Virus record (IMG/VR): IMGVR_UViG_3300001848_000569
Coordinates: 1 to 53,369 of that record
Origin: a virus
Taxonomy: Duplodnaviria; Caudoviricetes
Direction: 5' to 3' (one strand)
Length of the DNA stretch: 53,369 nt
Position numbers and translations under genes: made by a program. Under the pieces are notes generated by a model. That model saw nothing but the letters and a program-made list of their open reading frames with translations, did no database searches and was not told where the DNA came from. Positions 9,844 to 20,279 of the stretch are shown here, piece after piece. Within the stretch, counting starts at the first letter, position 1, and every line of letters begins with the position of its first letter.

Positions 9844-10715
9844 TATCTATTACAGTCAATATCTATTTGTTCTAATAAATCTGCATTTTTTGGAGAAGAT
9901 AATGTGGTAACTATTCCACTTATATCCATACCTAAAATAACTCCTTCCGAATTATCTGGCATTACTCTATAGAATCTATCATTCTTTCTTCTAATAACTC
10001 CCTTTTCAATTGCCTTACGAACCATTGCTTCAATAGCTACTCTTGTTTCATTTAACTTTGTAGCAGCTATAAATTTACTTGGGTTCTTCTGACAATATGT
10101 AAAAAGATTCTTTTTAACTACAATATCCTTTTGATTATCAGTTGGTAAACCAAGTACCCAAGATAGGTTTCTACGTCTTTCTGGAGTTAATTCAGTAAAT
10201 ATAGTAATTGCTTCAGCAAGTAATTCCTGTTCCTTTTCTTCTTTTTCTGCTTCTGCAACTGGATCTTCTATATAAAATAAAGCATCCTTTTCACTTCTAT
10301 TATCAAGAGCTTCAGATAAACTTGAGGCAACTACTGGAAGAACTTTACATACATGATATATTAGTTCTTCTTTTGGATTATCTAGATCTAAGAGCATTGT
10401 CTTATTCTCCAGTTTAATTTTGTAAGTATCCCAGAAGGATGAATGAGGTGCCAATTCTCCTTCTCTTAGTCCCATTTTTCGTTCCATTACCCTAGCCAAA
10501 AGTATTGTTTTTGGTTCAGTTGAACCCTTTTGATAAAAGGGATTTGAAACTTCATATTCCAAACCTGTATCTAGTCTATTTAAACTAAGTTTAAATGGTA
10601 CCGCCCAAGTTCTTACGGTAGAGGGGACCATTTTATAACCATAGTTTTCATACCCCTTTGCTACTACCTCACCTTTAATTAAAGGAACTACATTTAATCT
10701 TACAATATTAGCCAT
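9843..10715 (-). CDS. Conserved crass-like protein downstream of MCP
   Basis: 290-aa ORF; synteny. Confidence 0.55.
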   Translation of the reverse strand: MANIVRLNVVPLIKGEVVAKGYENYGYKMVPSTVRTWAVPFKLSLNRLDTGLEYEVSNPFYQKGSTEPKTILLARVMERKMGLREGELAPHSSFWDTYKIKLENKTMLLDLDNPKEELIYHVCKVLPVVASSLSEALDNRSEKDALFYIEDPVAEAEKEEKEQELLAEAITIFTELTPERRRNLSWVLGLPTDNQKDIVVKKNLFTYCQKNPSKFIAATKLNETRVAIEAMVRKAIEKGVIRRKNDRFYRVMPDNSEGVILGMDISGIVTTLSSPKNADLLEQIDIDCNR

Positions 10716-10767
10716 AGCTTTGTCTTAAATCTCTTTTAAATCTTAGTATATTATTATTTATATTTTG

Positions 10768-12225
10768 TTATGCAAGAACTACAGATGGTTTTAAAATACC
10801 AGTTCTAGTGACATCTTTTACCCAAATACCACATCTATCACGTGCTACAAGAGTATAGGCATCTTCAGTATTAGAGAGAACAGAGCCCTTTAACTCCCAA
10901 GGAGCAGAAGTACCAATTACATAACCATACTTTAAAGTATTTGGCATTCTAACCATGTAAATATTATCAGCACCTTCACCACTCAAATCAGTAATATAGA
11001 AAGTCTTAGATTCGATAGGATATCCATCTCTAGGATCTCTCATATTATTGGTAATATCTACATCTAAGTAAGGTAAATGCTTTAATGTAACAGTACCGCC
11101 ATTTACAAGTCTATATGCTTTAATTTGATACCCATAGGTAAGATTCATATTATCTGTACCTTGAATAACATTTTGTGCAGGAATTAAGAATTTATTTGCT
11201 TCATCCTTAAAGGCTTCATCAAACATTCTCATACCAATTTCACCTGTCATAAGCTCAATATTTCTATTTTCGCCAGCTACACGACCAAAGTGAACATCCA
11301 TAAGATAATCACGAATTAACTTAGCATCAAACTTACCATAAGTTTCAACATTACCCCACTCAAGTTGTTGTTTAAAACCATATGGGGAACGAGTCTTATA
11401 GCCCTTTTCACCATCTAAGTCCTGAGATCCACGACCCCAGAATAACATATTGCCCTTCTGTTTATCAAGTTCTTTCCAGAACTTTAATTCAGCACGACTA
11501 ATCCACTTAGTATCAGTAACTTTAATTACATTACCTGTCGAATCATCAACCTCAACTTGATCAAATTGAAGCACACGATCATCCACATAACCAGTTACTT
11601 TATGTTGTAATCTGATCATATCAGGAAGTTGATCCTTCAACTCGATCATTTGTTCAAAGTGCAAGTTTGTAGCTTGACTTGATTGCTCAGAAAACACACC
11701 GTGAACATTTACATATTCAGAGCCGGGGCGCATTAACCACTGTGGATAATAATCCAAAGCATTATCTGTAACTAACTGAACAGTATACACCCATCCACCA
11801 GACTCTTGATAAGGAGCCATTTGTTGTGATATACGAACAAAATGTTGTTTATCCGTAGTTAAAACTTCACCGGGAGAAAACCAGTCTTGGTCTAATTTTA
11901 ACTTGAAATACTGACGATCAATACCAGCCTTACTATTAGTAGATTCAAGATTTTCAAGAACTACAGCTGGGCGAGGTCTAATAGCCTGTTTCCAAGTCCA
12001 AGTATCAGTTGTACCATCCAATTCACGAACCTTCATTCTACCCTGAGTTAACTCACGAATAGGGTCATTTGGATATTGCATAAAACCAAATGCCATTTGA
12101 AGAGCATCATCAAACATTTGTGGATTGATGTTAGCAAAAGTTGAAAGGTGATTGCTATCAATCATACCAGACAATCTTTTGCCTTCTCTTATAACAAGTT
12201 TATTAGATGTATTAGTATACGCCAT
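10768..12225 (-). CDS. Major capsid protein
   Basis: 485 aa; terminase-portal-acidic protein-MCP order; crass-type motifs (DSNHL, MTGEIG, GGTVTLKHLPYLD). Confidence 0.85.
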   Translation of the reverse strand: MAYTNTSNKLVIREGKRLSGMIDSNHLSTFANINPQMFDDALQMAFGFMQYPNDPIRELTQGRMKVRELDGTTDTWTWKQAIRPRPAVVLENLESTNSKAGIDRQYFKLKLDQDWFSPGEVLTTDKQHFVRISQQMAPYQESGGWVYTVQLVTDNALDYYPQWLMRPGSEYVNVHGVFSEQSSQATNLHFEQMIELKDQLPDMIRLQHKVTGYVDDRVLQFDQVEVDDSTGNVIKVTDTKWISRAELKFWKELDKQKGNMLFWGRGSQDLDGEKGYKTRSPYGFKQQLEWGNVETYGKFDAKLIRDYLMDVHFGRVAGENRNIELMTGEIGMRMFDEAFKDEANKFLIPAQNVIQGTDNMNLTYGYQIKAYRLVNGGTVTLKHLPYLDVDITNNMRDPRDGYPIESKTFYITDLSGEGADNIYMVRMPNTLKYGYVIGTSAPWELKGSVLSNTEDAYTLVARDRCGIWVKDVTRTGILKPSVVLA

Positions 12226-12250
12226 GTTAAATAATTATATTTAAATTTTA

Positions 12251-13423
12251 TTATTTTCCTATTAGAACTTTTGTTTTATCAGCAAAAAGATTTTTCCAAG
12301 TATCTTGGGTTTTCTTTTCAGCAGTTATTTTTTGATCATCTTCAACAGTTAAACCAGTTGACTTGACTCTTGCTGCTCCTCTTGATGCGCTTTTTAATTT
12401 ATCTGCTAATTCAGATGTAGCCTCAACTTTAGCGGCTTTTTTTATACCCTCAACATTATACTTATTAAAACGCATCATATTGCGAAATATATAAGACTCT
12501 ACATCATTTTGTTCAGCTAGTTCATCTGCATATGCCTGACTTACAAATTGACCATTATCTAGCTTAACTGTGGGTTTAAAAAGATATTCTTCAAACTTCT
12601 TTTTAGTTCTAGCATCTTTTATATTAAAAAGACCTTTAACAGAATCATTTTTAGTTATAAAGTCTTTAACTGAACTAATTGCCTCATCCTTTTGTTTTTG
12701 GATAAGTTTTTCACTTTCTATTTGTTGTTTTTGAAACTCAGCTTGTTCTTTTTCTTGAACATCCTTTAATGCTAATAAGGCATCCTGAGCTTCATCCGCT
12801 AAAATACCAGAATCTTTAAATTTAGTAATTTTAGCTTTTATTCTTTCATCATTTAAACTGGTAGTCCTACGTAAAAAAGCCTCAACTACCTGTTCCTGAT
12901 CATTTTCATTCTTTAAATCCACATCTTTAAGTGGATCAGAATATACCTCAACAAATGAATTTAAATCACCCCCATTTTTAATATAATTAAAAAGATTAAT
13001 GGCCATATCAGCCTGTGGGTGACCTTCAAATATTGTCTTAATTGTATTATTTACTCGATTATTAACTGTATTTTCAAATGACTTTATAAATGAAGTCTCA
13101 TCTTCAATTTTATCTTCATCTGAAAGGTCAATAATGCCCTTAGTGGCAAGTTCTTTAGATAATATAGAAAATGTATTATTTTCTGGTTCATCTTCCTCTA
13201 CATCTTCCGTAGAAGTTTTTGTACCATCAATTTCAATTTCCTTAGTTAATTCTGTTTTAGGATCCTTTGGATCTTTTTCTACCTTTGGTAGAACAATTTC
13301 ATCATCATTAACTTCTAAAGCTTCTTGGCCTTCTTTACCTTTCTGAGATTCTTCACTATTCTCAGTTTTTGGTGTAATGATAGATGAAAAACTTGGAGTT
13401 AATTCAAAAAGTTTTTCTATCAT
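12251..13423 (-). CDS. Acidic coiled-coil protein, probable capsid scaffold
   Basis: E/D/K-rich; lies between portal and MCP. Confidence 0.6.
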   Translation of the reverse strand: MIEKLFELTPSFSSIITPKTENSEESQKGKEGQEALEVNDDEIVLPKVEKDPKDPKTELTKEIEIDGTKTSTEDVEEDEPENNTFSILSKELATKGIIDLSDEDKIEDETSFIKSFENTVNNRVNNTIKTIFEGHPQADMAINLFNYIKNGGDLNSFVEVYSDPLKDVDLKNENDQEQVVEAFLRRTTSLNDERIKAKITKFKDSGILADEAQDALLALKDVQEKEQAEFQKQQIESEKLIQKQKDEAISSVKDFITKNDSVKGLFNIKDARTKKKFEEYLFKPTVKLDNGQFVSQAYADELAEQNDVESYIFRNMMRFNKYNVEGIKKAAKVEATSELADKLKSASRGAARVKSTGLTVEDDQKITAEKKTQDTWKNLFADKTKVLIGK

Positions 13424-13492
13424 AATACTTAAATTTAAGAAATTTTATTTAATATAAAGTATTTATTATCAATTAGTTATATAATTAGTATA

Positions 13493-13517
13493 TAAGTCAT
13501 TGATTATCAATGAGTTA
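13493..13517. repeat. Dyad TAAGTCATTGAT-T-ATCAATGAGTTA
   Basis: Near-perfect 25-bp palindrome; related copies at 22494, 23686, 23782. Confidence 0.6.
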
Positions 13518-13523
13518 AAATTT

Positions 13524-16130
13524 TTATTTTTTATTATTCTTATCGGTTTTAGCTGACATTTTTCGTATTTTTAGTTTTTCTAATTTACTTTTAGCATTTA
13601 ATTCTTTATTTTTAAATGCTAATTGATCATCGGCCATTTGCTTTTGTATATCAGTTTGATGTTTAATTGCTTCTGTTCTTTTATTCTCAGTATCTTTTTT
13701 AGACTGAATATCTTTTTCCTTTAATTTAATTTCATGTTGACGTTGTTTTTCTTTATCTATTACTTCATTAGTATGTTCCAATTGTTTTTGTTGTAACTCT
13801 GCCTGTTGAATTATTAAATCAGAAGAATCTGGATTTTGAAATTCAACTTGACCTAATGTTTTCATTTCAGCTATTTCAAGTTCAACTTGACGATCTTTTT
13901 CTTTATTAGCATCTTCTCTATCAAGTTTTTCTATTTCTAAATCCTTTTTATCTTGAATAACTTGTTGCTCTTGCTGCATTTTTTGTTGTGCCATTTGAGC
14001 ATTAAGTTCCTTGAGTTCTTCTAGTTTTTCACGTATTACTGCAATAGAATCTTCTGATAATATCATGGCCACATCTGCTAAAGGAGTACCATTTTGTAAA
14101 GCAGGTTGAGCTAATTGTCGTAATGCCTGCAAAGCCTGTTGATCTTTAGCACTATCGGTAATATATACAGATAAATCAGAGAATGTAAACTTTTTACCAT
14201 CTATTTCTAGAAAACCTATACTCATATCATCTAAGAAAAAGGTTTCTTCACTAGTTTTATCAGCATATAAAGACTTAGCTTCTTCTAATAAATTAGTTAA
14301 AACACGAGCTTTAATATTATCATGTGTTCTAAAAAAATCATCTGTTTGATTAAAACTTCTATTTAATGCTGCATTAGTAGCAGTAGCAGTCTCACTTTGA
14401 GTAGCTTGTCCTAATCTTTGAACATTAAATCCTACTTGTTGCCAACACTTTTGTTCTAAAAGATTTAATAATTCAATTTTAGTTTGTATTGCTTGACCAA
14501 GAGTTGCATCAATTGAAGTAAATTGATTAAAAGTAGCTGGTTTTCCTTCAGCAGTAGGATCAACCATTACAATTTTCATTTTCTTAATCCAATATAACCA
14601 TTTTTCTAAATCCCACCCTTGCTTAGTTGGAATTTGGTTTGGATCCATTAATAATAATTGCCCTAATTCACTATTAAAATCTTCTTCTAGTTTATCTAAT
14701 ATAATATTATATAAAGCCTGATGAGGTTTCATTTCATCTACTATAGACACTGGTTTAGTATTTAAGGCATTGTAAACACCTCCAGTATATCCCAATTTAG
14801 TACCATATAGACGATTCATTGATCTATATTGGTTTTCTTTAGGTTGAACCTTTATATAAATATTCTGCCCTATTTTAGTTCCCTCCCATGCCTCATTAAT
14901 CCAAATTTCTTCAGACTCCCATCCCATTTCTTTTTGTTGCTTAGATAGTTTAAATTCACCATCTAATATCATTACTTGAGGATTACCATCATTATCTAAA
15001 AAGGTTATTTTATTTAATAATCTTCTAGACATCCACTCTGCATGGACTACTAATATATGATTTCTATAGCCATAAAGATTATTATAAGCATACTGATTAG
15101 AACTAGGACTAAATTCAAATATTCTATAGTCAGGACTAATAGGATACCTAGAATCATTCATAGCTGCCATTAAATATGGGTATCCATATTCAGTATATTG
15201 TTCAACGGTAGAAACATTAGGGTTAGTAGTAGTACCACCATTTCTATCATAATTCTCAATAGTTTTTACTTCCTCATCTGTTAGATACATTTTATATCTA
15301 TCAATTATATGAGCTTTTGTCATATAAACTCCTCTTACTACCCAATCTGCTTCATCTATATATGATACACTATCAGATTTATCATATACTATTTCAACAG
15401 GATTTATGTTTTCAACTATAAGTTGATCATTTAATCTACCAATCCAATAGTATTCTTCTGCTACTATACTAGCATGTTTAATACCAGTTTGAAATTTTTC
15501 CTTTAATAAAAGTTGTTTATTAAATTTATTTAAAAGAACAGTTCCAGTTTTTTCAATAGTAGTAGTATATTTTCTACGCATAAAATTTTCAATATCAGGT
15601 GGACTCATGGAATTTTGAGTATCTTGATATTGTTTATCATTTGGGTCTGATAAACCCATTGATTGTAATTGTTGAGCTACTATATTTTGTATATTACTCA
15701 TTACATAATGTTGTAATAAAGTAGTTTTATATCGTATATACTCATTTTTATTTTCCTCATCCTCACCTTTAACAATGAAACTAAATGGTCGTTTAGTTTC
15801 TTCTCCCCATAAATCTTTTAATGGTAAATTAAGTATAGGATAATGTTTAACAGGTTTATTCATATCCCCTAAATCCATACCTTCATAAGTAGTGGATAGG
15901 GCATTATATAATTCAGGAGTAAATTCACCAGCAACTAGTTTATAATTTACTATTTTTTCTCTTCTCCTATATGAATTTGTCATCCATTGGGTAGTAAAAA
16001 AATCCATACAATCTTTTTGCCAATTCTCATCTTTCTGAGTATATGGAATAGTTTGTATTGGTAAATAAAACTTATTACCACTAGTTGTTCTAGGATTAGA
16101 TAATGCTGGAAAAATATCAATAAAACCCAT
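13524..16130 (-). CDS. Portal protein
   Basis: 868 aa directly after terminase; LPIQTIP...KDENW, HYPI...LWGEE.KRPF, EAWEGTKIG; Q/K/E coiled-coil tail. Confidence 0.85.
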   Translation of the reverse strand: MGFIDIFPALSNPRTTSGNKFYLPIQTIPYTQKDENWQKDCMDFFTTQWMTNSYRRREKIVNYKLVAGEFTPELYNALSTTYEGMDLGDMNKPVKHYPILNLPLKDLWGEETKRPFSFIVKGEDEENKNEYIRYKTTLLQHYVMSNIQNIVAQQLQSMGLSDPNDKQYQDTQNSMSPPDIENFMRRKYTTTIEKTGTVLLNKFNKQLLLKEKFQTGIKHASIVAEEYYWIGRLNDQLIVENINPVEIVYDKSDSVSYIDEADWVVRGVYMTKAHIIDRYKMYLTDEEVKTIENYDRNGGTTTNPNVSTVEQYTEYGYPYLMAAMNDSRYPISPDYRIFEFSPSSNQYAYNNLYGYRNHILVVHAEWMSRRLLNKITFLDNDGNPQVMILDGEFKLSKQQKEMGWESEEIWINEAWEGTKIGQNIYIKVQPKENQYRSMNRLYGTKLGYTGGVYNALNTKPVSIVDEMKPHQALYNIILDKLEEDFNSELGQLLLMDPNQIPTKQGWDLEKWLYWIKKMKIVMVDPTAEGKPATFNQFTSIDATLGQAIQTKIELLNLLEQKCWQQVGFNVQRLGQATQSETATATNAALNRSFNQTDDFFRTHDNIKARVLTNLLEEAKSLYADKTSEETFFLDDMSIGFLEIDGKKFTFSDLSVYITDSAKDQQALQALRQLAQPALQNGTPLADVAMILSEDSIAVIREKLEELKELNAQMAQQKMQQEQQVIQDKKDLEIEKLDREDANKEKDRQVELEIAEMKTLGQVEFQNPDSSDLIIQQAELQQKQLEHTNEVIDKEKQRQHEIKLKEKDIQSKKDTENKRTEAIKHQTDIQKQMADDQLAFKNKELNAKSKLEKLKIRKMSAKTDKNNKK

Positions 16131-16168
16131 TGAGTATAATATATATTATTATAGTTATATTAAATACT

Positions 16169-16180
16169 AATATACAAAAT
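16169..16180 (-). promoter_or_regulatory. Putative late promoter motif ATTTTGTATATT
   Basis: Third copy of the 12-mer, upstream of portal. Confidence 0.55.
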
Positions 16181-16188
16181 TATAACTA

Positions 16189-18234
16189 CTAAAAATTTTT
16201 ATTTTTTAAACCCATTCTTACCATCCTAGCTCCTATTAAAAATTTATCTGCAAGTTTAGCAGCTGCGGACATTGGAGAGTTAACTGATTCTTCTTTGATT
16301 ACTCTCCTTTGATATAAAGCCTGCTCATATAATAAACATCCACGAAAACTAGTAATTCTATCAAAGTTATCTTCATCATTATAAGCTATAAGTTCTCTTA
16401 TAAGCCCCTTATCCTTAATACGGGTATATCCTAATATCTCTTTAGCTATAGTAGTTTTGGTATCATCAGTATATATATACCCTATTACTTCAGTAAGATA
16501 TTTAATAATAAGATTATCTCCATTTAGTATAACTTCTCTAGTTGGATGAAAACCATAACTTCTTGAAACTTTAGAGGTTGGGTTTAAACCTTTAATTTCA
16601 TCCATTTGTTCTTGAAGTATATATTCTTTATTTTTATTTCTAAAATGATTAACTATACCCACATTGGCATTTTCCACTAATAATTTAGCATTATAGTATT
16701 CACAAAGATTAATTGCTATATCATACATTTCCTCAGCAGTTGGCCTTCTACCATTATAAGTAGCCACTATTTTTCGATCTGTTTGATCTAGTGCGTTATT
16801 ATTTGTACGTTTATATATAGTCAATGAAAATATAGAGCTAGAAGTAGGGGCAGCATCTTGATCTACACTATCTACCATAGCTATATAAAGACCAGTTTGT
16901 TTTTCAGGAGAAGGTGGTTCATAAATCCATATAGATCCCTCTATTCCATCGTCAGTTTGTTCAATTGGGTATTTTTCATAAGGAGAAGATATTCCTAATA
17001 TTTTAGGTTTAACTACTCCTTTATCATTTAATAACTCTAACCCATATCCAACATTCCCTATTGAACCAACAGTTTCTAATTCAGCTAGCCATTTGGTTAA
17101 AAGTTCAACTGGAAATTTATTTACCGACTTAGATAAAAATGCTTCTTGTGGTTTAATAGGGTGCTGCGAAATATAAGTTAAATATTGTCTTACCGATTTT
17201 TTCTTTTGTTTTGCTCTTTCTCCATCTAAATATTTCAAAGAAGAATCTATATCTGAATTACCATTATCATCAATATAAGGCTTTAAACATATATACTCTG
17301 GAACAAAATAACCACACTTTTTATTTTTAGCTATTTCAACATCATCCCATATATTATCATAAGCCATAAAATCATTAGCCTCTGGCTCGTAAAATATTTT
17401 CTTTAACCCCTCGCACTTATCCAAGTCCCCAACTGAACCATACGCTATAATTAAACCAGTAGTAAAGGAACCATCCATAGTAGCTGGTTTCATAAACTCA
17501 AGTACATCTAGTAAATTAGGAAATACCCCTGCTTCTTCTATAACTGATAAATCAATAGCACCACCTACAGATGATTCTGCTCTATCTTTAAATGTAAGTT
17601 TATGAAGTTCAGATAAATAACCAGATTCCACTTTTTTACCATCTATTATTTCTTCAAAAGCCATACGAAGATATGATGCTGTATCTGGTAATCTATTTTT
17701 ATAAAAATCAGTAAATTTATTTATATGACTTAAATAGTCTTTAGTAAAAACCCATGTTTTAGTAGCATATTTTTCATAAAATGATCCTAAATAATTCATA
17801 GACTTTCTATGAAAATGAAGATTATGAATTATAGGAACTGCATCTTTTAACGAGAAACCTTTCTGACGGGCCTTTAATGCAGCTAAATGCCTACCTACTT
17901 TTTTAGCCTTATCTATTTGTAAAAACCAATCAGCATCTAAATCCCAAAAATCTGGAAATGTAAATAACTTTTTCTTTTTATTATATATTGGACAATAATT
18001 TAAATACATATAATGAAGGCCAGATATTTTCTGACCATCCACAGTTATACCATTTTTTAATCTATCTTCTTCTATATCCCAAAATTCTTTATAGGCATAA
18101 GTTCCCGAAGGGTAAGTACAATAAGTACCATCCTTTAAAAAACGCATAGCTGGCTCTCTAAACTTATCTACATCTTTCCAAAGAGAGTTACCATCTAAAC
18201 CGTTTAAAGGATAATATCTAGTTGTCCAACCCAT
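16189..18234 (-). CDS. terL: Terminase large subunit
   Basis: Walker A LKARQKGFS, Walker B VIEEAG, nuclease motifs VDSVDQD, LVEN, NFDR. Confidence 0.92.
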   Translation of the reverse strand: MGWTTRYYPLNGLDGNSLWKDVDKFREPAMRFLKDGTYCTYPSGTYAYKEFWDIEEDRLKNGITVDGQKISGLHYMYLNYCPIYNKKKKLFTFPDFWDLDADWFLQIDKAKKVGRHLAALKARQKGFSLKDAVPIIHNLHFHRKSMNYLGSFYEKYATKTWVFTKDYLSHINKFTDFYKNRLPDTASYLRMAFEEIIDGKKVESGYLSELHKLTFKDRAESSVGGAIDLSVIEEAGVFPNLLDVLEFMKPATMDGSFTTGLIIAYGSVGDLDKCEGLKKIFYEPEANDFMAYDNIWDDVEIAKNKKCGYFVPEYICLKPYIDDNGNSDIDSSLKYLDGERAKQKKKSVRQYLTYISQHPIKPQEAFLSKSVNKFPVELLTKWLAELETVGSIGNVGYGLELLNDKGVVKPKILGISSPYEKYPIEQTDDGIEGSIWIYEPPSPEKQTGLYIAMVDSVDQDAAPTSSSIFSLTIYKRTNNNALDQTDRKIVATYNGRRPTAEEMYDIAINLCEYYNAKLLVENANVGIVNHFRNKNKEYILQEQMDEIKGLNPTSKVSRSYGFHPTREVILNGDNLIIKYLTEVIGYIYTDDTKTTIAKEILGYTRIKDKGLIRELIAYNDEDNFDRITSFRGCLLYEQALYQRRVIKEESVNSPMSAAAKLADKFLIGARMVRMGLKNKNF

Positions 18235-18662
18235 TACTCATTTGTTTTACACATTATATTAGATATAAAAGCATTATCATAATTTTGAGTATATACTTTT
18301 ATAACTTTATGAACAGTATGTGGAAAATCACATAACTTTTGAAAATTACTATTTAATTTATCTCCACAGACTACTGTATCTTCATTACATAGATTTTGTA
18401 CTTCAACCCAACCTTTATTAGTAGTCATTACTTTTTGATCACAAGTACATACTAAATAAAATCCATTTTCAAGATATAGTTCTTTTAAAGAAATAGTCGG
18501 ACCAAAATTCTCACCAAATATTACTTCTATATCTTTTATATTATCCTCAACTATATTAAGATTTGAATCATAACATGGTATAGTTCCTCTATAGTTAAGT
18601 GAACTTAATAACTTAGTTAATCTATAACTAGTATTAATAAACATTTCTTGCCAAATAGCCAT
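18234..18662 (-). CDS. Free-standing degenerate Hint (intein-like) domain protein
   Basis: LYLENGFYLVCTCDQKVMTTNKGWVEVQNLCNEDTV resembles intein block B; VYTQNYDNAFISNIMCKTN resembles blocks F/G; 142 aa. Confidence 0.6.
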   Translation of the reverse strand: MAIWQEMFINTSYRLTKLLSSLNYRGTIPCYDSNLNIVEDNIKDIEVIFGENFGPTISLKELYLENGFYLVCTCDQKVMTTNKGWVEVQNLCNEDTVVCGDKLNSNFQKLCDFPHTVHKVIKVYTQNYDNAFISNIMCKTNE

Positions 18663-18671
18663 TATAATTTT

Positions 18672-19196
18672 TTATCTTTCTCTTGAACCTACACTACCTT
18701 TACCTCTCTTAACCCCTTGCTTAGATACTTCTTTTTCAACAGCCTCTTTAATTTGATCATATGAATTTAAAGAGCTTGCTAAATTTTTAATAGATGCTAT
18801 TACGGATTGTATATTTCCATCTTTACCATCTCGAATTTTAGTAGTATCAAGCCATTGACTAACTTTAAATAAAGCATTTCTAGCTGATTCTAATAAGTAA
18901 TGTTCTGGAACTTTAACTAATGAATTATATTTTAGTATAGCAGATTTAATTAAAGGGTTAGATTCTTTTATATCTTTATCTCTAATAAAATCCTCCCGAA
19001 TAAATTTTTCTTTTTTATCAGGAGGATAGTTATTATACGGTGATTTAGGATCGCACATAAAATAAATATACTCAAATGTAGAATAAGCCAATTCTTTACT
19101 TTTAGAACTATCAGATTCCCATATTGCTTTAAATTCTGGTATAGCCAAAAGATCAGGATCAATAATTAGTTTATTACTTGAATCTATTTGAAACAT
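18672..19196 (-). CDS. Conserved protein upstream of terminase (small-subunit candidate)
   Basis: 174-aa helical ORF (YIYFMCDPKSPY); position only. Confidence 0.45.
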   Translation of the reverse strand: MFQIDSSNKLIIDPDLLAIPEFKAIWESDSSKSKELAYSTFEYIYFMCDPKSPYNNYPPDKKEKFIREDFIRDKDIKESNPLIKSAILKYNSLVKVPEHYLLESARNALFKVSQWLDTTKIRDGKDGNIQSVIASIKNLASSLNSYDQIKEAVEKEVSKQGVKRGKGSVGSRER

Positions 19197-19346
19197 TATT
19201 CTTCTCTTTTTAAATCATTTTGTATCTTAATATATTGCCATTCAATTGCTTCACGAATACATTCAATAATTACTTCATACTCATAACAATTTTCTCTTTC
19301 AAGATAAACTTGTAACAAATCTTTTAGTGCTTGAATTTCTTTCATT

Positions 19347-19604
19347 TTATACTTCTTTTACATAATTAGAATCAACATCTTTAATAATTGCTTGTTCTCC
19401 AGAGGTAATTTCATCATTTACAAATGATGTATTAATTGATATATCATAAAGAACTTTTCCATATATAGTAAATTTAACAGCTAATATGGTTGCTCTTTCT
19501 ACTAATCCTGAATTATAGAATTGTAAAATACATTTATCTCCCGGTTGAAAGTGGCTAGGTAATTTAGGTGTTGGTAAAATTAAATCATCAAATTGTTCTT
19601 CCAT
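19347..19604 (-). CDS. Hypothetical SH3-like small protein
   Basis: LPSHFQPGDKC...KVLYDI beta pattern. Confidence 0.5.
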   Translation of the reverse strand: MEEQFDDLILPTPKLPSHFQPGDKCILQFYNSGLVERATILAVKFTIYGKVLYDISINTSFVNDEITSGEQAIIKDVDSNYVKEV

Positions 19605-19619
19605 TTTATTTTTATTTAG

Positions 19620-19691
19620 AGCCTATAGATAGAATCGAACTACCAAATGAGGTTTACAAAACCCCTGTTTTACCATTAGAACTATATAGGC
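19620..19691 (-). tRNA. tRNA-Thr(UGU)
   Basis: Acceptor GCCTATA/TATAGGC; anticodon arm GGGGT-TT TGT AA-ACCTC; T loop TTCGATT. Confidence 0.9.
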
Positions 19692-19699
19692 AAATTAAA

Positions 19700-19945
19700 T
19701 TATTTATTTTCTTTTAACCATAAACCTTTTGGACATTCAGATTCCATACTTCTTATTTTAGCTTCTATAATACATTTACAAATCTTACACTGTTTTACTT
19801 TCATTACTGAGTTTAGATTTTGGTAGCTTGGGCATCCTATACACAAATCCTTCCGTCTTTTGGCTACTATCTCTATCCTCATTTTTGGAATTAGGAGATT
19901 CCAATAACCTAGTATTATCTGATATATAAGTTTTAATATTCCCAC
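19700..19945 (-). CDS. Small zinc-binding protein
   Basis: CxxC...CxxCxC...K...CPKGLW. Confidence 0.65.
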   Translation of the reverse strand: MGILKLIYQIILGYWNLLIPKMRIEIVAKRRKDLCIGCPSYQNLNSVMKVKQCKICKCIIEAKIRSMESECPKGLWLKENK

Positions 19946-20279
19946 TTTTTAAATATTGATTTAGATATTTGTGATATAAATCCTTAACTCTTTTATATTG
20001 TTTTTCTGCAACCATTCTTTTAAATTCCCAAGGTGCATAATAATATTTCATTTTAATTAATTCTAAATACTTTTTCCAAAGTGTAAAAAAATTAATAGTC
20101 ATAGAACCAACCCCATGTATACGCATAGATGTGTACTGATTTTTACGGGCAGCCCTCGAAAGTTCATAAAAATATCGGGAATATATTTGTTCACAAGTTG
20201 TTTTAGGAAGATTGGACACTTCCTGCACTTTTGGTGTGAACATCCTCCAATTCTCTAGGATTGGTGGTTGTCTCTTCAT
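19785..20279 (-). CDS. HU/IHF-like DNA-binding protein (divergent)
   Basis: N-terminal helix-helix-strand pattern ending MRIHGVGSMTI, resembling the HU v.i.GFG.F motif. Confidence 0.45.
   Translation of the reverse strand: MKRQPPILENWRMFTPKVQEVSNLPKTTCEQIYSRYFYELSRAARKNQYTSMRIHGVGSMTINFFTLWKKYLELIKMKYYYAPWEFKRMVAEKQYKRVKDLYHKYLNQYLKSGNIKTYISDNTRLLESPNSKNEDRDSSQKTEGFVYRMPKLPKSKLSNESKTV

Noticed and set aside
5240-13346. Plus-strand ORFs 5240, 5813, 6541, 10208, 13134 and alternative-frame ORF 8840
   Set aside because: Shadows of long structural genes, with no motifs
16189-18234. Intein or intron inside terL
   Set aside because: ATPase and nuclease motifs are contiguous at normal length; the Hint-like ORF is in a different frame with its own stop
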